A stretch of 64,000 bases of DNA. It comes from Torpedo marmorata. Lineage: Eukaryota. Shown in pieces: positions 11,737 to 25,453 of this stretch. The notes under the pieces were generated by a model, which saw only the letters and a list, made by a program, of their open reading frames with translations, searched no databases and was not told where the DNA came from. The translations under genes and the position numbers were made by a program. Where the stretch lies: NCBI GenBank assembly GCA_977017645.1, contig OZ360222.1, forward strand, positions 44,950,001 to 45,014,000, given 5' to 3'. The number at the start of each line of letters is the position of its first letter. Positions within the stretch are counted from its first letter, which is position 1.

Positions 11737-14451
11737 TGTCATGTATTCTATGTTAAGAAATACACTGCAGACAAAGGCATGATGCTTTGTTAGTCATTTA
11801 ATACAAATCTGAAAATGGTTCTCCCACCACACACAGTATATATCAGTCAGAACGTCATTACGTTGACGTGATGACGTCATACGCCTGTAGGCGTATACAT
11901 AACACTCTTCCCCCCCCACAAAATAAATGTTTGTATAATTATATATATATATGTGTGCAGTATTTATAATAAACTGCAATAACTATGTGTGGGTGCAGTA
12001 TTTAAGCGTAATACATGGAGCCTCTAGACTAATGGTGATTACAATTACAATGTAATGTAAGTATAAAAATGATAAAATGTTAAGTTACTGAACATAGTCT
12101 TTCAGTCGTTCTGGCGGACGTTTTTCCCGTTTTGATCATCTCAGAGAGGTCGACTCTGTCGGGATATTTTGCGGACTCTTCGCCTTTTGGGGTGGTACCT
12201 CGGTTGGTGGCAAGGACTGTGAACTTGATCTTTGGCGAACCTCACTCGGCTGTTGTATAGGACTGGGTTGTTGAAGAGGACTGGTCTGTTGAGGGCCTCT
12301 TGGTTGAGGAGGGGTCTGTTGAGGGCTACTTGGTTGAGAAGGGGTCTCCCTTCTCACGGATATTTCTGGAGCCCAGGGAATTTCATCTGGAAGCTCATCG
12401 GGATCTTGAGCCGAAGGCATGGCCATAGGATCATCTACTGCTCTTAACTGGTCGATGTGTCGTTTCCATATTTTAGTTCCCACCAGTATAGAATAAGAAC
12501 AGGGACTTAGTTTTTTTAAGAATAACCCCTCTTATCCACGGCTCTTTGGAGTCTCGGTAATCCCGTACCGGTACTCGCTTTCCCGTTTCTAGAGATCTGG
12601 TAGGTTTACTTGGAGACGTGGATTGCTGTATGCGAAGGCCGATGTTCGGATGTACTGTGGAAAGTCTTGTTCTTAAGTTACGTCCAAACATTAATTCAGC
12701 CGGTGTTCTTTTGGTTGTAGAGTGTGGCATGTTTCTATATCCGAATAGGAAATCTGCGATTTTGTGATTCCATGATGCGTTTAGGAGTTTTTTAGTTTTC
12801 ATGGCTTTTTTGAAAGTCTGCACAAAACGTTCAGCTTCTCCATTAGTGCTGGGGTGGTAGGGTGCAGATAAGACATGTCGTATATTATTATTACATAGGA
12901 ATACTTTAAAAGCATCCGATACAAACTGTGGACCATTATCGGAAACGAGTTCAATAGGCAATCCATATAACGCAAATATACTTCGTAGTCTTTCAATGGT
13001 CTGGTCTGTTGTTGTTTTTTTTCATGTGGGATACCACTGGCCATTTAGAGTGTGCATCGACAACAATGAGGAAGTTTTCTCCCATAAATGGACCAGCGAA
13101 ATCAATGTGAATTCTGTGCCATGGTTGCGATAGCCATTTCCATGGATTAGCTTCGGCTTGAGGAGCTTTGGGTTGCATGTCTTGACAAATGCCACATCTT
13201 CTTACTGTTTGTTCAATATCAATGCCTATTGAGGGCCACCAGACATGCATACGTGCCAATGCCTTCATCCGAACCATCCCGGGGTGGTTGTTATGGAGTT
13301 CGGATAACATGGCCGTTTGCCATTTTGTAGGGATGATTGTTCTGGTTCCCCACAATAAACAACCTTCTTCAATTGATATCTCCTGCCATCGTGTATAATA
13401 AGGTCTTAGCTCTTCAGAAATAGCTTCGGCCTTGGGCCATCCATTTAATGTGAAGTACAGGACTTTTGATAGTGTAGCTTCTTTCCGTACCTCTTTGCTA
13501 TCGTCTTTGCCGTAATTGGTAAGCGGTGAAGTTGTTCTTGATTAATAGCTGTAGCTTCTGCCGTCCATTTAATTATCTCGTCTTTTTGTTCAGTTTCTGG
13601 TAGCGGTAAGCGAGACAGAGCATCAGCATGGTTGTTTTGTGTTGCTGGTTTATGTTTCAAATCGTAATTATACGCGGCGAGCATCATGGCCCACCTTTGA
13701 ATTCTTGTTGCAGCTAGCACTGGTATCCCCTTTTTAGGGCCTAGAATCAAACTTAGTGGTTTGTTGTTTGTTACTAAGGTAAATTTCCTGCCATATAAGT
13801 ATTGGTGGAATCGTTTGACACCAAATATTATGGCCAGCCCTTCTTTTTCCAGTTGTGCATAATTACGTTCACAAGTCGTCAAAGACCGGGAGGCATAAGC
13901 AACCAGTTGTTCTCCTTTTTCTGTTATCTGTGACAACACTGCTCCTAATCCTACTGGTGAAGCATCCACCGCAAGAGTCACTTCAGCAGCCCCAGCAATA
14001 TTTCAAGCAACCATGGACAAATTATTACATGGCATTAATGTAGGATGTTACCTCGATGACATTATAATCACAGGCCAGGACGATGCTGAAAACCTATCCA
14101 ACCAAGAAAAAGTCCTAACGCGATTGCAACAAGCAAACGTCCGTCTGCGCCGAGACAAGTGTGTATTTATGGTACCTTCCGTAACATATTTAGGCTTTAC
14201 AATTAACAGTGAAGGAGTCCGAATGGACACCGCAGGTACCGAAGCTGTCCGCAGAGCACCCTATCCCATCCTCGTCGCCAATCTGTCATGTATTCTATGT
14301 TAAGAAATACACTGCAGACAAAGGCATGATGCTTCGTTAGTCGTTTAATACAAATCTGAAAATGGTTCTCCCACCACACACAGTATATATCAGTCAGAAC
14401 GTGATTGCATTGACGTGATGACGTCATACGCCTGTAGGCGTATACATAACA
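11737..14451 (-). mobile_element. Ty3/Gypsy LTR retrotransposon, internally deleted and partly inverted
   Basis: 168-bp LTRs at 11737-11904 and 14284-14451; TSD GCCTC; PPT at about 11905-11917; PBS at 14263-14280; RNase H (DAS..GLGAVL, NYAQLEKE) and integrase (H..HPG..C..C, SDNGPQF, NGEAER) on minus; RT YLDD fragment on plus. Confidence 0.95.
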
Positions 14452-15004
14452 GCCTCAAATGCCAAAAGCAAAATCCATGATAAAAGGACAGATTATTAAA
14501 TATTTGAGAAATGATTTGAATAATTAGTTGAGGTAGCTCTGTACAACTGGCCCTTTCGATACTGCAAACAGCATCAGCAGCTATTCAAGATCTGAACTCA
14601 CTGATATTGTTTATTAATGACAAGCCTCTCCAACAGACTTATAAGTACCTTTGATAGGCCGTACAGAGGAGCAACAGCGAAATATTTCTAGATTGAAATA
14701 TGCAGAAATATTTGTTAACTAAAATGAACTTTGTTTTCATGTTAAAATTAATGAAAAACATTTATCAGATTCCACACAATTACAGAAAGTAGGCAATCAC
14801 TGAATCAGAAATTTACAGAATGCCAGACAAAAATTGCTGTTTCTTCCACTTTCAAGCTGTAGTCCAAAGTATTATACATTATAACCGTGTCCTCTGTCAG
14901 TTAGCTTTCAAATCTGATGAAGTTTTCTTTCTTCATTTAAAAAAACTACTGGGTAATTGTGATGTTATATATTGATCATTTGAGCAAAATTATGGAAAAA
15001 AACT

Positions 15005-15600
15005 AGTTGGAGTGCACTTGGCAGAGAATTTCACCTGGTCCTTCAACACCAGTTCCAGAGTCAAGAAAGCCCAGCAGCTCCTTAACTTCCTGCGAAGGCT
15101 GAGGAAAGTTCATCTCCCACCCCCTATCCTTACTACATTCTCCAGGGGATGTATTGAGAGTATTCTGAGCAATTGTATCACCGCTTAGTTTGGAAACTGT
15201 ACCATCTCGGACCGAAAGACACTGCAGAGGATAGTGAGGGCAGCGGAGAAAATTATTGGTGTCTCTCTTCCCACCATGACAGACATCTACAACACACGAT
15301 GCATGAGGAAGGCTAAAAACATTGTGAAGGACTTCTCACACCCCTTTTGTAAATTTTTTTCACTTTTGCCATCTGGAAGGAGGTACTGAAGCACTCGGGC
15401 TCGTACGTCCAGATTGTGCAACAGTTTTTTCCCCCAAGCCATCAGGCTCCTCAATTTTTAGATATATATGTGTATTAGCATGTTATAGTTTTTTTTATTG
15501 TATTATGATATTTATGTACATTTGCTCATGGTCCTGGAGAAACGCTATCTCGTCTTACTGTGTACATGGTAATGAACGACAAATAAAGGTGACTTGACTT
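15005..15600 (+). mobile_element. Rex1/Babar-like LINE 3' fragment
   Basis: Near-identical to about 45095-45690; (GACTT)n tail. Confidence 0.8.
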
Positions 15601-15828
15601 GGTTACTTCATACCATATATTTCAATAAATTCAGTCGTATATAATAGGAGAAAATAAAACAAATATGACTGTATCACAATATCTAAAGAGAATGTTTTAA
15701 TGACACTTTATAAAATAATTTCAAGACAAAAAAAAAGTTGATCATGGGACAAATTAACTTCAACATGCTCTTGAATACAAACGCTGATCAGACTTGCAAT
15801 GAGCTGACGAGAATACCTTTAATGAAAT

Positions 15829-15994
15829 AAAGGTAAATGTAAAGGTTCCATTATTGTCACGTAATACTACATTTTAGAATGTAACATACATGAAATTCTT
15901 TAATTTTTGTCTGGCAGACAGAGGGTCGCTACTTTGACCAGTCCTGTGCCTGCTTAGCTTCCAAGATCAGACAATCCCAGTCGTATTCAGGCTA
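15829..15994 (-). mobile_element. 5S rRNA-derived short SINE (SINE3-like)
   Basis: Head CCTGAATACG...GTCTGATCTTGGAAGCTAAGCAGG resembles the 5' half of 5S rRNA; followed by a LINE-like tail TGACAATAA plus a simple repeat. Confidence 0.6.
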
Positions 15995-17218
15995 AATGAT
16001 AGATTTCCAAAAAGAATTAAATCATGGTTCAACCCTAGTAATCAGTAATTCATTTAATTGTGTGACTATACTTTGATCTTTCAACTAGATATTTAAATTA
16101 GATAATAAACTATTGTGGCACAATTCATTTCTCAATCTAAAGAAATGTTGCAAACTATTATAAAGCAGGTTTGATGTGCATCCAGTCACCTCAACTCAGT
16201 CGTGCTGAAAATGGTCTCTTTCATCAAAATAACCAAAGTAAGCTGAAGTTAGAATAATCAGCTTTCATCAAGGAGGGAGTTGAAGTGACTGGATGCAAAT
16301 CAAATCTGCCTACCCTCAAAGAGTCATACATACAGCATAGAAACAGGTTTTTTGGCTCAATGTACCAATCATCCTCTGTAATCCACAATATCATCAAATC
16401 CCAACCACCCCACCCCCCTCCAAAATCCTGTCACACACCTGCACATTGGAGTCAATTTACAGTAACCTCCCAATCTGCATGTCTTTGGGATGTAGGAAGA
16501 ACCCAGAGAAAGTCAGAGGAATCCCACACAGCCTCATGAAGAACATACAAACAGGACATAGACAGCCGAGGTCAGAGTTGAACTGGGGTTGCTAATACTG
16601 TGAGGCAGTCATTAAGATTTCCTCTAGATTAACCTTGTGAATTAGGCCAAAGAGTCTCAGACTTCAGGGGACAATGGTAGTGCAGTGATTAAGTAGGCCA
16701 TAGTTCAAATCCCACTATAACAGCCATTAACCTTAAGTTTATAATTTGGAACTTAATAAAAGCATGCCAATAATGGCAACAAAACTACAAGACTTGTAAA
16801 CAAACATGTGCTTTTCAGGGAAGAAATCTGCCATCCTTATTCAACATAACCCATGTAATAGTCTAGATCCACCTATGCATTTACATTGAATTGGCCAAAC
16901 ATGCCTCTCAGTTATACCATAACCTCCACTGCTGCAGATCAAGACAATGATTTGGCACCATCTTTGGTGGATGGCGCAGTGGGATCACAGGTAGTCGATC
17001 TGCTTCACTGTCCTGAAGAACAGAGTTCAACTCTGAATGTGAACGATGTCTATGTGAAGTTTGCATATTCTCCCCATCACCAAATGGGTTTCTTTCAGTT
17101 TCCTCTCACATCCCAAAAACGTGTGGTCAATTAGCCACTGAACATTGCTCCCAGTGTATAGGTGAGTGGTAGAATCCGATGGACATATGGGGAAAATACA
17201 ATGGGATTAGTGGATGGT

Positions 17219-20200
17219 TCATAGAACCATAGAACATTACAGCACAGAAAAAGGCCTCTTTGGCCCTTCTAGTCTGTGCCAAACCATTTTTTTTGTCTAG
17301 TCCCACTGACCTGCACCCAGTCCATAGCCCTCCATACCTCTCCCATCCATGTACCTGTCCAAATTCCTCTTAAATGTTAAAATTGAGCCTGCATTCACCA
17401 CCTCAGCTGGAAGATCGTTCCACACCCCCACCACTCTCTGTGTGAAGAAGTTCCCCCTCATGTTCCCCCTAAACTTTTCCCCTTTCACTCTTAATCCATG
17501 TCCTCTGGTTTGTATCTCACCTACCCTCAGTGGAAAAAGCCTATCTACATTTACTCTGTCTATCCCCCTCATAATTTTAAAAACCTCTATCAAATCTCCC
17601 TCATTCTTCTTCGCTCCAGGGAATGTCCTAACCTGTTTAACCTTTCCCTGTAACTCAGTTCCTGAAGTCCGGGCAACATCCTAGTAAATCTTCTCTGCAC
17701 TCTTTCTATCTTTCCTGTAGTTAGATGACCAAAATTGCACACAATACTCCAAATTTGGCCTCACCAATGTCTTATATAACTTTAACATAACATCCCAACT
17801 CCTGTACTCGATATTTGATTTATGAAGGCCAATATGCCAAAAGCTCTCTTTACAACCCTATCCACCTGTGACGCCACTTTCAGGGAATTATGTATGTATC
17901 TGTATTCCCAGATCCCTCTGTTCTACCGCACTCCTCGGTGCCCTACCATTTACCGTGTATGTCCTTTCTTGGTTTGTCCTTCCAAAATGCAAAACCTCAC
18001 ACTTGTCTGCATTAAATTCCATCTGCCATTTTTCCAGCTGGTCCAGATCCCTCTGCAAGCTTCGAAAACCTTCTTCACTGTCCACAACGCCTCCAATCTT
18101 AGTGTCATCTGCAAAATTGCTGATCCAATTTACCACATTATCATCCAGATCATTGATATAGATGACAAACAACAATGGTCCCAGCACTAATCCCTGAGGC
18201 ACACCACTAGTCACAGGCCACCAGTCTGAGAAGCAATCATCCACAACTACTCTCTGGCTTCTCCCATCTAGCCATTGTCAAATCCAGTTCACTACTTCAC
18301 CATGAATACCGAGTGTCTGAACCTTCCTGACTAACCTCCCATGCGGGACCTTGTCAAAGGCCTTACTAAAGTCCACATAGAGAACATCCACAGCCTTTCC
18401 TTCGTCAGCTTTCCTGATAACCTCCTCAAAAATCTTTATAAAATTGGTTAAACACGACCTACCACGCACAAAGCCATGTTGACTATCCCTAACCTAGAGT
18501 CGGCGCCAAGGGGGGGCATTCACGGGCATTGCCCTCCCCAAGCGAGGTGCTGTGCCCCCCCATCGCTTGCCGTCAGACCCGACCCCGCCACTAGTGTGCG
18601 TCAAGCATCACTCGCATCTAGCTTGATGCACGCTAGTGACTCTCCACCCTCCCCTGTCACTACCGTGTGTCAAGCATCACTAGCGCATGCTGGTGACTCT
18701 CGACGCAATAAAAGCAGCGCTTTTGGCTGCTACCGTCGGAGGGGACGGAGGAGGAGGTTTACATCCGTTCGGAAGGTAGGCCACCAGCACCCCCCCCCCC
18801 CCCGGTTTATGTCTGTTCTGCAGGAAGTCCACCAGCACCCCCCCACCCCCCCCCCACCGCTGTGCGAGTTTACGACTGTGGGACTGTGCACCCCCCCCCG
18901 GTTACCCTAATGCCCCCCTCTAACACTCGTTCTGGCGCCGACCCTGCCCTAACCAGTTTCTGGCTATCCAAATAATTGTATATCGATCTCTTAGAACACC
19001 TTCCAATAATTTACCTACTACTGACGTCAGGCTTTAATTTCCAGGGTTACTTTTGGAGCCTTTTTTAAACAACGGAACAACATGAGCTACCCTCCAATCC
19101 TCCGGCACCACACCCGTGGCTAAGGACATTTTAAATATTTGTGCCAGAACACCCCTGCAATTTCTACACTAGCCTCCCTCACAGTCCGAGGGAATATCTT
19201 GTCAGGCCCTGGGGATTTATCTACCCTTATTTGCTTTAAGACAGCAAGCAATTCCTCCTCTTTAATCTCTATAGGTTCCATGACCTCACTGCTTGTTTTC
19301 CTTAGTTCCCACGACTCTGCGCCCTTTTCCTGAGTGAATACTGATGAAAAAAAAACATTTAAGACCTCTCCCACCTCTTTTGGCTCCATACAAAGCTAGC
19401 CAGTCTGATCTTCAAGGGGACCAATTTTGTCCCTCACTATCCTTTTGCTCTTAATATACCTGTAGAGACCCTTAGGATTTTCCTTAACATTGTCTGCCAA
19501 AGCAACCTCATGTCTTCTTTTAGCCTTCCTGATTTCTTTCTTGAGGTTTTTCTTGCATTTTGTTAATCCTCATTTGCTCCATGTTGTCTATACCTGCTAT
19601 ACACATCTCTCTTCTTCCAAACCAGATCCCCAATATCCCTTGAAAACCAAGGTTCCCTATGCCTTCTAACCTTGCCTTTGATCCTAACAGGAACATACAA
19701 ACTCTGTGCTCTCAAAATTTCACATTTGAAGGTCCTCCACTTACCTCGCACATCCTTGCCCGAAAACAATTTATCCCAATCCACGCATTCTAGATCCTTT
19801 CCCATTTCCTCAAAAATCAGCCTTTCTCCAATTTAGAATCTCAACCCGAGGCCCAGACCTGTCTTTCTCCATAATTAACTTGAAACTAATGGCATTATGA
19901 TCACTGGACCCAAAATGTTCCCCTGTACATACTTCTGTCACCTGTCCTATCTCGTTTCCTAATAGGAGATCCAGTCTTGCACTCTCTCTAGTTGGTACCT
20001 CTATATATTGATTTAGAAAACTTTCCTGAACACATTTGACAAACTCCAAGCCATCCAGCCTTTTTACAGTATGGGAGTCCCAGTCAATATGTGGAAAGTT
20101 AAAATCTCCTACTATCACAACCTTATGTTTCCTGCAGCTGTCTGCTATCTCTCTACAGATTTGCTCCTCCAATTCTTGCTGACTATTGAGCGGTCTATAA

Positions 20201-21830
20201 TACAACCCCATGAGTGTGGTCATACCTTTCCCATTCCTCAGCTCCACCCATATGGCCTCAGTAGACGAGCCCTCTGGTCTGTCCTGCCTGAGCACAGCTG
20301 TGATATTTTCCCTGATGAGCAATGCCACTCCTCCCCCTTTCATCCCCCCCCCCCCTTCTATCGTGTCTAAAGCAACGGAAGCCCAGAACATTGAGCTGCC
20401 AGTCCTGCCCCTCCAAGCAAATTTCACTAAAGGCCACAATGTAATAATTCCACGTGCCAATCCACGCTCATCTGCCTTTCCTACAATACTCCTTGCATTG
20501 AAATAGATGCACCTGAGAACATTTCGACCACGTTCAACCCGTTGTCTTCTAACGGTGCATGCAATTTTCACATCATCTTTTCCCTCCTCTATCTGCTCTG
20601 GCACTCTGGTTCCCATCCCCTTGCAAATCTAGTTTAAACCCACCGGAGCAGCACTAGCAAACCTTCCCCTTCCAGTTCACATGCAAACCGCCCTGTCAGA
20701 ACAGGTCCCACCTTCCCTGGAAGAGAGCCCAATGATCCAGAAACCTGAAGCCCTCCCCCCTACACCATGTCTTTAGCCACGTGTTGAGCTGCATTATCCT
20801 CCTATTTCTAACCTCACTAGCACGTGGCACGAGTAGCAATCCTGAGATCACTACCTTGGAGGTCCTGTCTTTCAACCTTGCGCCTAACTCCCTAAACTCT
20901 CCTTGCAGGACCTCCTCACCCTTCCTACCACATCATTGGTCCCTACATGGACCATGACATCTGGCTGCTCACCCTCTCTCCTGAGAATGCCGTGAACTCG
21001 ATCTGAGATATCTCGGACCCTGGCACCAGGGAGGCAACATACCATCCAGGATACTCGATCTCTTCCACAGAAACTCTTATCTGTCCTCCTAACTATGGAA
21101 TCCCCTATCACTACAGCTCACCTCTTCTCCTCCCTTCCCTTCTTAGCCACAGGACCAGACTCCCTGCCAGGGACCTGATCTTCGTGGCTTGTCCCTGTTA
21201 GGTCGTCCCCCCCAACAGTATCCAAAATGGTGTTATTGAGGGGGTCGGCCACAGGGGTGCCCTGCACTGCCTGTTCCCTCTCCTGTCACCCATCTACCCT
21301 CCTCCTGCCTCCTAGATGTGATAGTGTCTCTGTAACTCCTGTCTATCACCCCCTCTGCCTCCCGAATGATCCGGAGTTCATCCAACTCCAGCTCCAATTC
21401 CGTAACTCGGCTTGTCAGGACCTGCAGCTGGATGCACTTCTCGCAGATGAAGTCGTCAGGGATACTGCTGGCTTCCCTGATGACCCACATTTTGCAAGAG
21501 GAGCATTCCCCTGCCTTGGCTGCCATTCCCACTGTCTATGACTAGGTGAACAAAATATATATCTAAAAAACCTGCCCTTACCTGTGCCTACCTGCAGAAA
21601 GGGTGGCCCTTTCTGACTTCAACTCCGACTATTCCTCGCCTCTTACCTGTTCTCACTGAAGCCTGTTGAGCCAAAGCCTTACCACTCTGACTCAGCCCAC
21701 TCCGACGATGACCGCTCCCTCCTTTGTCTTCAACTGTTGAACTCGATTGCCCAATCAACTGCTATCTGCTGAGTCTCTCCTTTTTCAACCCCTTTGTCTT
21801 CTACTGTTGAACTCGATTGCACAATGCAAG
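17219..21830 (-). mobile_element. Near full-length, degenerate CR1 LINE (ORF1 Zn finger and SGNH esterase; ORF2 APE and RT)
   Basis: C..C...C..C plus leucine zipper; GDSIVR..CLPGA..HVGTND; YFNARS, GDFN, SDHN; DFSKAFD, GVPQG, FADDTK; (TTCTATGG)n tail. Confidence 0.93.
18495..18946. mobile_element. hAT-type MITE inserted in CR1 RT
   Basis: TIRs TAGAGTCGGCGCCA / CAGGGTCGGCGCCA; 8-bp TSD CCCTAACC at 18487-18494 and 18947-18954. Confidence 0.85.
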
Positions 21831-24800
21831 GCTGGAGGTTGGTGAGGATTCATTGGGCATTTGTGGTATGTACATTCATGACTCATCCCAAGAGCAATTA
21901 GGAAAGGGCAATAAATATTATCTTTTCTAGCAATGGGAATATTTTATAGCCGAGTGGTGCAACTGATAGCAGTGCTGCGCATGGTTCTTGTATCCTAGTT
22001 TCAAGCCTTATCACCACTGTTGCCAAGTGAAGTTTCTAGGTTCTCCGTGTCACTGAATGAGTTTACCTTCCTACCCCCAGGTTACAGATAGAACTAGAAA
22101 AGTACAGTAGAGGACCTTCAACCCTTGACGTCTGTGCTGACCATGCCAATTTAAACTTTACTTCTTCCTGTACATGGTCTGTATCTCTCCATTCCCTGCT
22201 TCTTCATGCAAATGTTTAAATGCCTCTTCAAAGTTGCCATCATCGGGTTCTCCAGTTTCCTCCTGAATTCCCAGCCCAGACTGGCATCTTGGTTTATTAG
22301 CAACCGTAAATTGCCCTGGAGCAGCTGGACACCATGAAAATCAGAATGGGATTGATGGGGTTGCTCAGAGTGGTTATGAAACTCGTGGGTCAAACAGGCT
22401 CCATCTGCGTCATGAGAAAATATGTGAAAGTATGAGAATGCCCAGATCCCCAAAAATTAAAAATAGTCATACAAACTGACATCACTGATAGTTGCATGAA
22501 CGCGAGTGGCATATCGATGCACAAGAGATTTTTCCTCACAAGAAGACTCATAGGAATTTATTTTCAATTTAGCATGCTAGAGCCAGTGATTCAGGGTGAC
22601 GCAATAAATTTCCCCTCTAGATCTTCCCACAACATTAGTATGTTTTACCCACACTCAAGGATGCGCAGTGCATCCCATACTGAACCATGTACGTCTCGTC
22701 TTCCATGAAAAGCAGCACACAGACAGCACTATTCATGCTTGGAGTCGCCTTATCGTGAGGGCATAGTTGTCATCTTTGGACAGCACACTCTTCATCAATA
22801 GCTGGAAGAATTTATAACTGAAGTTGTTGTGTGTGGGTGTATTTGCTAAAGACTACTTTTTGCAATTCTGAAATGAAAATACATTTTAACTTCAGGGAAA
22901 CTGTAGGTTAAACAGTGTAAAGTCTAATAAGCCAAGTGGAAATTCACAAATCTCATCTGGCAGAAACAATCCAACTCACCCAAGTGGATGAATATCAGTT
23001 TCTTCAGAATGACAAGGCTGTAAAATTATCACTTACAATTAGTACCCAACTGTAATTTTTCTTGCCATGTTAATTCACAACCTCATCACATTATAAATAT
23101 CACAGATATAATGCAACAACACAAAATGATACATCAAGAAATACTACCAAACTTCTGGAGATTCCTTTGGAAAATTTGGATTATAAAACGAAGGAACATA
23201 ATGTTAGATTTGCACAGCCCTTTGGATAGACTAGAGTGCTGTTCAAATTTCTAGTCTCTGTACAAAAATTTAAAAAAAGATTGAAGTACTGGAGAGAAGT
23301 ATTAACAATTTTACCAGAATTGAAAACCTGCAACTAGTTTAAGTTTCCTGCAAAGGAGAAAGATATAATGAAGGTTTTTATTAAATTGTAAAGAGATTCA
23401 ATTGGGTGATTGTGGAGAAATTGTTTCCAGAACCAGATCAATATAAAATTGCCACTAACAAATCAAATAAAAAAATGAGAAGAAACTTCTCTGTATAATG
23501 CTACCAAAGACAGATTGAAACCGAATTAATAAATGGTAATTATAACCTAACTCAAGATGCAGGATTGGGCGGAATGCACAAAATTCTGTTCCATTTATTT
23601 AAATATAGAAATACACCCAATCTGATTAGATTTTACAATGCATAGGTTAAAAATTCCATCAAATGTACTGAAGGGATTTGGAACAAATGCTATTTTTTTC
23701 CACAGTTTAGATTTTCTTTAAAATTTTCTTATTGTGCCAACAGAGAAAAAGAGAACCAAGAAATAAAAAGAAAACAAAATTCAAAATCCAACAAAGATCA
23801 ATTCTGCCAAATGTTTTTTTTTCCACTAAATTGGTGCTTGTATCAAATTCAATGATTTTTCTCCCACTAAACTACTGGCTGTATCTAATTCAGTATTTTT
23901 TTCCGCTAAACTACTAAGTTGCATCTTATTCTGTGTTTGAAGTCATTCGCTCTGCAACCTAAAAACATTAGAATAATGCAATACCACTTAATAACCTTTC
24001 ATTCAATTTAACTCTTTAAATTATGAGTATTATTATAAAAAATAAATATTCCCATAATATCTCTCCTGGAACTCAGAGGTTCAATACCGGTTAAACTGTT
24101 ACCCTAGTCTTTGGCAGCTAAGAATGTTTCCCACATAAAGGTTTTGCTGAAATATTTTGAAAATTCATAGCCAACCAGGATGCAAGATTTAACACAATTT
24201 CAATTACATATCATGCATTTACTTGTAAATGTGGTATGAATGATTCAGAAGTCTACATTAACATCATACAAAGTTAATTCCCAATTTCAAAAAAATCCAG
24301 TGAAAATTGAAAATTGCACATTGCAAGCTTGTGCTGTTGTTTTTATCGAAGTCGTACAATGGATTCTCTGTACAGAGCACTGATTCAGTAACAAGTTAAA
24401 TCAATTACATAATCACCAGCATTTTATGCATACTTTAAGTCGTTGAACAAGCCAGAAAAAAAGTTATGGGTGCAAGAGATTGTTGTGTAGTTGCCAACCT
24501 GTAGAGTTAGTGCCTCAGGAATCGACAGGATTGCTCACTTCAATCTTTAAATACCCCCGTGCCAAGTTATAACAGCTCGTCAAAAGTGGGCTTACTTAAA
24601 TATTTCGCCAGCGTTCTAGATGTCCTATAAAGTAATTAGCCTCTTGCATTGGTTTACTAATATGCTAAACTCTGACACAGGAATGCCAACAAAGCAGGAG
24701 AAACGCTTGTGTACGACTCAAGCAAATTATCCTTCTGCCCATTTAAAGGTGGACGATTTCATCTTCTGCAGTAGAATGCATTAATCTTATGTACTACGGC

Positions 24801-25153
24801 AGGTTCACTAAAGTTTGGGGGGCGGGGGAGTTGGGGAAAGGAAGGAGAAGGGGGAAAATGCTAGTTTGGTGTGAGATTGGAACAATTTAAAAAGGTTACA
24901 TCACGCCTTGACAGGTCGCACCTCTCCAATACAACCAATACAAAAGGAACCGTTAGATCTATGAGGGGAAACGGCATATCGCTATACAAAGTATATTTCA
25001 GAATTGAAACAAACTTTGGCAACAACTTTTGATCGTTGTTTTCTTCCAACTTCATAGAACATTGTTACCTTTCCTTTCCCCCCACCACCACCGAAAAGTT
25101 TTTTTTTTTGCTAGTTAAGGTTTACATTTTCGATGTTCGGGATATTACTGCAC

Positions 25154-25453
25154 CTTTTGGTCCACGATAGAACAGACGAGATCCTTGACGGCAGAGAGGG
25201 AGATGTCTTGTGCTTCGATGGTCACCGGTTCGCGAGTGAGGCCGATCTGCAGAAGGAAGGAGACGCCGTTGAAGGATCCCCGGGAATTGGTGGGACTCGG
25301 GGCACTGAAACTCCCATTGGAAACCCGGCCGGAAAGCACAGCAGAGGTGGCCGGCGGGGAGAGCGACGGGGTGGGCGAAGAGGCGGGCAGCGGCAGAGCG
25401 GATGGCAGCAATCTCTGGGACACGGGAGGAGACGAGTTGCTGTTGCTTGACAT
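25154..25453 (-). CDS. PRKD3: Serine/threonine protein kinase D3, first coding exon (100 codons)
   Basis: Translation MSSNSNSSPP...GRVSNGSFSAPSPTNSRGSFNGVSFLLQIGLTREPVTIEAQDISLSAVKDLVCSIVDQK matches the PRKD3 N-terminus as recalled (SNGSFSAPS..SRGS..VSFLLQIGLTRE.VTIEAQ..SLSAVKDLVCSIV.QK). It ends at a phase-0 donor AAG|GTGCAG at 25154/25153, just before the expected FPECG exon. Confidence 0.93.

Noticed and set aside
15937-15994. Functional 5S rRNA gene
   Set aside because: Only about half of 5S, diverged, lacking box C and a terminator.
1-25153. Next PRKD3 coding exon (FPECGF...)
   Set aside because: Not recognised; it probably lies beyond the left edge of the window.
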